Virus genome (UHGV): UHGV-0349066
DNA from: a virus
DNA length: 19,595 nt
Reading direction: 5' to 3' (one strand)
In this document: positions 15,291 to 19,595 of the stretch, piece after piece
Layout: every line of letters starts with the position of its first letter
Numbering within the stretch: the first letter of the stretch is position 1
The notes under the pieces: generated by a model
Told to the model about the DNA's origin: nothing
Seen by the model: the letters and a program-made list of their open reading frames with translations, nothing else
Databases searched by the model: none
Program-made: the position numbers and the translations under genes

Positions 15291-15490
15291 TAGGAACGAG
15301 TCTGCGATTCAGCCATCAGCGCACAACTTTTCACAGCCTGTGCATGAAGCTCTGTACCGGGTGTGTAATCCTTTATACAATCCTGATACAATTCACGTTT
15401 TGTTTCTAGAACACGATTATCGTACTCAGCACTTGCTAGTGCACCTGCGATAAGGATAAAAACTAGAATCGGCAACCAAATTTTCATCAT
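15290..15490 (-). CDS. small secreted or membrane-anchored protein with predicted signal peptide and Cys pair (66 aa)
   Basis: ATG overlapping upstream TGA; N-terminus MMKIWLPILVFILIAGALASA is signal-peptide-like (ASA then EY); paralogous to the adjacent upstream small protein. Confidence 0.55.
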   Translation of the reverse strand: MMKIWLPILVFILIAGALASAEYDNRVLETKRELYQDCIKDYTPGTELHAQAVKSCALMAESQTRS

Positions 15491-15696
15491 CCATCTCCCA
15501 TTCGTTTAGCGTATTCCGTACACGCCATTACTAATTCGGCGTAACGTGGATCGTCTACGGTCTTTCCAGACATACACTCACGATAAAGGCTTTCTTTGCG
15601 CGAGTCATCTGACACACGGACATAAAACATCAGCATCGTCACAACCAGCACGGTTGAAACAATCGCTGAGATGATGTATCCATTAGCTCTTTTCAT
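15487..15696 (-). CDS. small membrane-anchored protein with Cys pair (69 aa from ATG 15696; alternative start ATG 15711 gives 74 aa)
   Basis: Hydrophobic segment YIISAIVSTVLVVTMLMFYV; ATG at 15696 overlaps the upstream TGA (ATGA). C-terminal region (YRECMSG...DPRYAELVMACTEYAKRM) is paralogous to the 15290..15490 product (YQDCIKD...AQAVKSCALMAE). Confidence 0.5.
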   Translation of the reverse strand: MKRANGYIISAIVSTVLVVTMLMFYVRVSDDSRKESLYRECMSGKTVDDPRYAELVMACTEYAKRMGDG

Positions 15697-16214
15697 CGTA
15701 TAAAACACCATGGTTCTGGATAAAACCCTGTAAGTAAATCAACGTAAAAACTATGTAAATTTGTTAGTGTTATAACGCACCCTAACAAATCATGCTCAGT
15801 ATGGTGATAAATCACTACAGATGTTTCTGATACCCGTTTAACATGTATATGACCCACGTCTTTAATGCTCTGATACAATCGTCCGAAATCGACCGTACCG
15901 ACAGCATCAGATGAATCCGTAACCGAGTACCGTATTCGTGGAGTCTCATTATTTACTAACGAAAGAAATTTCTCCACACTTTCAGCATGGATTTGTTCCA
16001 TAAAGGATAAGTGTGGGAACACTTCTTTACGTAACGCGCTGCTTGAAATCTTAGCAAAAACCTGACGTTCCGTTAAGCGCATTAACTCGCCTAATCTTTT
16101 CAAGTCTTTGTTATAGTTCAGAAAAGCAACCACCTTTTCATCGTGCGTAATAGGCGGCCATTCGACCGCCTTTGCCCGACGTTGCTTAAACCAACTCGCA
16201 AGTCGCGCTATCAC
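15693..16214 (-). CDS. hypothetical protein (173 aa)
   Basis: GTG at 16214, 2 nt after the upstream TAA, with AGGAAGAGGA upstream. Confidence 0.55.
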   Translation of the reverse strand: MIARLASWFKQRRAKAVEWPPITHDEKVVAFLNYNKDLKRLGELMRLTERQVFAKISSSALRKEVFPHLSFMEQIHAESVEKFLSLVNNETPRIRYSVTDSSDAVGTVDFGRLYQSIKDVGHIHVKRVSETSVVIYHHTEHDLLGCVITLTNLHSFYVDLLTGFYPEPWCFIR

Positions 16215-16216
16215 GC

Positions 16217-16909
16217 TTAGTAATCCTCTTCCTGATTCACTACCGATTGGATACGGGATGCGACTTCGTTAGTGTCCAGGTCAGTTTCGTCTACCTTATC
16301 CACAAGTTTCTGTACTTTACGTACATGTGATTCGGTAATATCAAAACGACCACGATCAGCTAACAGCAACGTTACCATGTCCTTACGTGTAACCATCAGT
16401 TCTTCTTCAGGTAAGTGTAAGGATTTGTCTAACAGACCCGAATGCATGAAGTTTTCCAGTAAGCGTTCTTCCCCCTGGTCGAAATCATAACGTTCGTTAG
16501 GTGCAGCAACGAAAGCATAACCGAAGTAGTTTTCTTCCGTCTCGCGTAACGACTTGATGATCTTGTCACCGTGTTGACAGAAATCACTTAACGTGTAGTC
16601 GTCAAGCGTTGCCACGATGGTTTCTGCTTGCACACCGTTATCTGTTTCGTACAGATGAGCAACCCAGAGTTTCCAGTTACGTGGCTCGTCAAACAAACCA
16701 CCGATTAACATATCGGTAGCCGCCATGCGCATACGCGGTGACGTTGTAAACTGGAAACCACGGCCCGCGTACGGACCGATAGGACGAATAGAGCTACCGA
16801 CGAAAGTAATGCGGTTTAGCGCATTTTCAGCAATGGTGTGCGCAGTACGGTTAGCAGCGGCTTTCGGGTTATACTTTTTGTTACGTGGTTTCTTTTGTTT
16901 GGTAGCCAT
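16217..16909 (-). CDS. hypothetical protein with basic N-terminus (230 aa)
   Basis: ATG at 16909 overlapping the upstream TAA (TAATG); Lys/Arg-rich N-terminus MATKQKKPRNKKYNPK. Confidence 0.65.
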   Translation of the reverse strand: MATKQKKPRNKKYNPKAAANRTAHTIAENALNRITFVGSSIRPIGPYAGRGFQFTTSPRMRMAATDMLIGGLFDEPRNWKLWVAHLYETDNGVQAETIVATLDDYTLSDFCQHGDKIIKSLRETEENYFGYAFVAAPNERYDFDQGEERLLENFMHSGLLDKSLHLPEEELMVTRKDMVTLLLADRGRFDITESHVRKVQKLVDKVDETDLDTNEVASRIQSVVNQEEDY

Positions 16910-17391
16910 TATTTATTCTCAACTAATACTGTGTGAAATGCTTTGTAGAGAGCTTGACGTGTCTCAATTAACGCGGGACGATTAATCAAGCACATGTATC
17001 CGATTTGCCATGCCCAATAAGACGTGTCATCGGTATTTAACCCGTAATCAGGCTCAGGATATAATAATTCTGAATCCACTTCTGGCAAATGAAGACGACA
17101 CAAACTAAGATTCCAAAAATTGGCTAAGTCACTTTTTGCAAGTTCAGACATCACCTGCATCGGTATCCTATTTCCAAGAGCATCCGTTGCGAAGATAATA
17201 CGGAGGTGCCCTGGAGACTTAGAATAGATGCCATGTCCTTCACAAGACCAGATCGAAACAACATGCGGATAATCGTTAATCAGTTTACAAATATCACGAA
17301 CACCTTTCTCAATGTCACCGTTTTTGGCTGCAAGCTGAGCACGCTCTTTAAATGACGCTAGTCTTTCTGCATCAACAGAAAATTGATTCAT
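16909..17391 (-). CDS. hypothetical protein (160 aa)
   Basis: ATG at 17391 overlapping the upstream TGA (ATGA). Confidence 0.65.
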   Translation of the reverse strand: MNQFSVDAERLASFKERAQLAAKNGDIEKGVRDICKLINDYPHVVSIWSCEGHGIYSKSPGHLRIIFATDALGNRIPMQVMSELAKSDLANFWNLSLCRLHLPEVDSELLYPEPDYGLNTDDTSYWAWQIGYMCLINRPALIETRQALYKAFHTVLVENK

Positions 17392-17852
17392 GTTGGATTC
17401 TTCCCTAAAATTATCTCACGCATTTCCAGGTAGGTGTCAAACGGCACCACGGTGTCTTTATAACGTAGCGTTACGTAGGTTACAAAATGTTGGGGTGCCA
17501 GGAAAGGACGTTTTGGTGACCCGTCGTGATTGTAATACTGCTTCGGACGATATTTGTTGAAAATATCTTCCCGTGGGAACAGTGATTTCTGAATAACCAC
17601 TTCCCAACGGTGTGGCGTTTCCAAGAGCCCAATACGGATCAGCATACCGTCTACCCACCGGCTCATGTTTTCGGTTAATACGAAACTGACGTGGTGGTGC
17701 TGTACCTCTGCTAACGCGACTTCGGGTTCTTTATCCAGTCGCATTAATACCGCAAACAGTGGGCGATAATCAGAATCGTACAAGTCACGGAAAGCAGTTT
17801 TCTCGCGCTGTTTAAACAACTCAACAATTTCTTTAGATTCGAAGTAATTCAT
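17388..17852 (-). CDS. hypothetical protein (154 aa; start refined)
   Basis: ATG at 17852 overlaps the upstream TGA (ATGA) with GGGGA Shine-Dalgarno; ORF-track start at 17894 is GTG inside the upstream gene. Confidence 0.6.
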   Translation of the reverse strand: MNYFESKEIVELFKQREKTAFRDLYDSDYRPLFAVLMRLDKEPEVALAEVQHHHVSFVLTENMSRWVDGMLIRIGLLETPHRWEVVIQKSLFPREDIFNKYRPKQYYNHDGSPKRPFLAPQHFVTYVTLRYKDTVVPFDTYLEMREIILGKNPT

Positions 17853-18244
17853 TTTGAAATCCCCAATTCGTAAGTAACTAAATCGAACAAACACATTTCC
17901 AACATCGCTTGATACAATGTGTGTTCCCCATTACCCACAAAACCATTGTTCAACATTTTATACGTATCTACCCCAAACATCGTCTTTACGTCTATAGGAC
18001 GTTTTTCGAGAATACGTAATAGCGATATTTCCATTACAATCCAATAAGCAGGCTCAATCCTAATTCTGAATAACGGATTGATTTTACTTATTGTTTTATC
18101 CCAGATATTAAACCAGCGAACCCATTCGGTGCTATTCTGGGGTTTACGCAATCTAAGACGCGTATACGGTGAGTTGTTATATTGGTCGATAAATGTCCTA
18201 ATGACATCAGCTTTTCTTGACATTATACCTATTATTGCGGTCAT
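17849..18244 (-). CDS. hypothetical protein (131 aa)
   Basis: ATG at 18244 with TAGGAGAA Shine-Dalgarno. Confidence 0.6.
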   Translation of the reverse strand: MTAIIGIMSRKADVIRTFIDQYNNSPYTRLRLRKPQNSTEWVRWFNIWDKTISKINPLFRIRIEPAYWIVMEISLLRILEKRPIDVKTMFGVDTYKMLNNGFVGNGEHTLYQAMLEMCLFDLVTYELGISK

Positions 18245-18290
18245 CTCTATATTCTCCTAATCATTAAAATAGCCGCAGTTGTAAAAAAGA

Positions 18291-18812
18291 CTACGGGTTA
18301 AAAGGTAGCGGTTTGCAATCCCGCTTTTTCAACTCCTCTACTAACTCAGGTAATGTACACCAACGTTTAAATTGGTTGTTAGCTTTAAAGTGGCTGAGAA
18401 TCTCCTCAATGCGCTCAATAGACCACTTCCCTTTCCCTACGTTGTCTAGATCCTTACGTAGCGAGAGCGTCTCAATGGTAAACGCTAACTCTGAACTATC
18501 CGAATGGTCGTACAACAATCTTACTGGTGTTGGTTGGTGTAGCGTAACACGCCACCCTGACTCTTTAGCCCAGTAGACGTCTTTAATACGTCCACTAACA
18601 TCAATTATAGAACTAATATAAGTCCACTCTCCTTCTAGTTTGTTCTCTTCAGCAGTTAATGCTTCTTCTAATCGTAGAGAATTAGGGGACGGAATCCACC
18701 AACCGTACTTACCGTAATAATCGTCTATTACAGTAATACCTTCGTAATACAGATATTGTGTTTTTGTATTAACGAATATTTCATCGCCAATTAAGACAGC
18801 GTTTATCTTCAT
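18291..18812 (-). CDS. hypothetical protein (173 aa)
   Basis: ATG at 18812 overlapping the upstream TGA (ATGA). Confidence 0.65.
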   Translation of the reverse strand: MKINAVLIGDEIFVNTKTQYLYYEGITVIDDYYGKYGWWIPSPNSLRLEEALTAEENKLEGEWTYISSIIDVSGRIKDVYWAKESGWRVTLHQPTPVRLLYDHSDSSELAFTIETLSLRKDLDNVGKGKWSIERIEEILSHFKANNQFKRWCTLPELVEELKKRDCKPLPFNP

Positions 18813-19297
18813 CGTAAGTGCTTCCTGTAAAATAAGTCATAGGTGGTCGAGCTAGATGGATCAATAGAACCTACCAATGGCATAATTTTCTTTTCTGATA
18901 TTCCAGTTGCCCAAGCAGCCCGCGCAAAGCCGCCACCAGAACCCGTTGTCCAAACCGCATTTTTATTTATTACAAACGTTTTAAACTTATCTGCTACTAA
19001 CGTCAACCAATGTGTTTCTCTAGCCGTAAAAATGACGATTTGATCGTATATTCGCTCTTTTTCGATAAGATCTGCAAACAGGGGCTCAACTTTCTTACGT
19101 TTATCCTCGTCTAAATATTTTTCTATAGCAGCGGTAATCGACATTTTCCAAAACTCGGTGTCCAGTACACGTTCACCCGTGTAGAAAACAAACTTGTTTT
19201 TGTGTTTATGCAGTTTGGGCAATTCTTTAACCGTACCAGCATAATCCACAAGTCGGTCAGCTAAAATGTAATCCTTTGTTACTAATACCGTTGTCAT
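18809..19297 (-). CDS. hypothetical protein (162 aa; start refined)
   Basis: ATG at 19297 with GAGGT 5 nt upstream, immediately downstream of the terminator; the ORF-track extension to 19411 would translate the terminator hairpin. Confidence 0.6.
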   Translation of the reverse strand: MTTVLVTKDYILADRLVDYAGTVKELPKLHKHKNKFVFYTGERVLDTEFWKMSITAAIEKYLDEDKRKKVEPLFADLIEKERIYDQIVIFTARETHWLTLVADKFKTFVINKNAVWTTGSGGGFARAAWATGISEKKIMPLVGSIDPSSSTTYDLFYRKHLR

Positions 19298-19311
19298 CAC
19301 GCACCTCGAAG

Positions 19312-19348
19312 AAAAATAAAAGTACCCTCTCTCCAGACGGAGAGAGGG
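19312..19348 (-). terminator. rho-independent terminator
   Basis: Perfect 10-bp stem CCCTCTCTCC / GGAGAGAGGG (19325-19334 / 19339-19348) with 4-nt loop, followed on the minus strand by TACTTTTATTTTT. Confidence 0.7.
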
Positions 19349-19355
19349 GCACTGC

Positions 19356-19595
19356 TTAAATCTTACGACTGCTACCGTAGCAGCCACAACCTGCTGTCGT
19401 TTTCGCAGCACTGGCCGGTGCTAACGCAACCATCGTGCCGTCGTCCTTAACAATCTGCAAGTTACCTGCGCGAATCAGACCTTTAAAGGTAATCTTCACA
19501 CCCTTACGTAAACTCTTCACATTGAAGCCGTCGAGTTTGAGTGTTTTAACCTTTTCAGGTTTACCTTCTTCGTAATAGGAAAGAACATTACCTGC
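19356..19595 (-). CDS. hypothetical protein (C-terminal 79 codons only; gene starts beyond window end)
   Basis: Open frame from the window edge to TAA at 19358..19356 (…KTTAGCGCYGSSRKI), followed by a rho-independent terminator. Confidence 0.5.
   Translation of the reverse strand, partial: AGNVLSYYEEGKPEKVKTLKLDGFNVKSLRKGVKITFKGLIRAGNLQIVKDDGTMVALAPASAAKTTAGCGCYGSSRKI

Noticed and set aside
18303-18330. Plus-strand terminator-like hairpin AGCGG..CCGCT followed by TTTTT
   Set aside because: Only a 5-bp stem, located inside the C-terminal coding region of a minus-strand gene, with no plus-strand gene to terminate; probably coincidental.
19298-19411. ORF-track extension of the 18809..19411 ORF (MLRKRQQVVAATVAVVRFKQCPSLRLERGYFYFSSRCV)
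   Set aside because: The extension covers the terminator hairpin at 19325-19348 and lacks a ribosome-binding site; the ATG at 19297 with GAGGT is the credible start.
1-19595. tRNA genes, integrase or attachment sites, transposases, host genes
   Set aside because: No intergenic region is long enough or shows a cloverleaf-like arrangement for a tRNA (the 203-nt spacer at 13626-13828 was inspected by eye only), and no recombinase-like ORF is present. The window looks like lytic-phage DNA rather than a prophage boundary.

Overview
This window reads as a contiguous piece of a virulent tailed-phage genome: about 32 genes, all on the minus strand, tightly packed, many with overlapping stop/start codons (ATGA, TAATG, TAGTG), and no recognisable host, integrase or transposase genes. 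The only confidently interpretable block is a tail-fibre / host-recognition module at about 6.5-14.4 kb. It contains a 1533-aa long tail fibre with a C-terminal intramolecular-chaperone domain, immediately followed by a glycine-rich T2-type gp38-like adhesin. Next comes a second, divergent gp38-like paralog whose start is disrupted by an apparent frameshift in a G4 run. The module also contains a duplicated pair of small paralogs (186 aa and 170 aa), each sitting directly upstream of a protein that carries the same N-terminal anchor sequence (the long fibre and a 206-aa short protein). The flanks (0-6.4 kb and 14.5-19.6 kb) hold small hypothetical genes typical of phage accessory regions; I could not assign functions to them from sequence alone. 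I identified three convincing rho-independent terminators on the minus strand, plus a twice-repeated promoter-like motif (TCAGATATATATTACYTAGG) followed by a co-varying hairpin. Several ORF-track starts were refined using Shine-Dalgarno position, stop/start overlaps and paralog alignment; the track evidently reports GTG-initiated ORFs as M. The phage lineage cannot be fixed from this window: the fibre resembles T5 pb1 and T-even fibres, the adhesin resembles T2 gp38, but the gene order is not T4-like. All homology statements are from my reading and memory of these families, not from searches.
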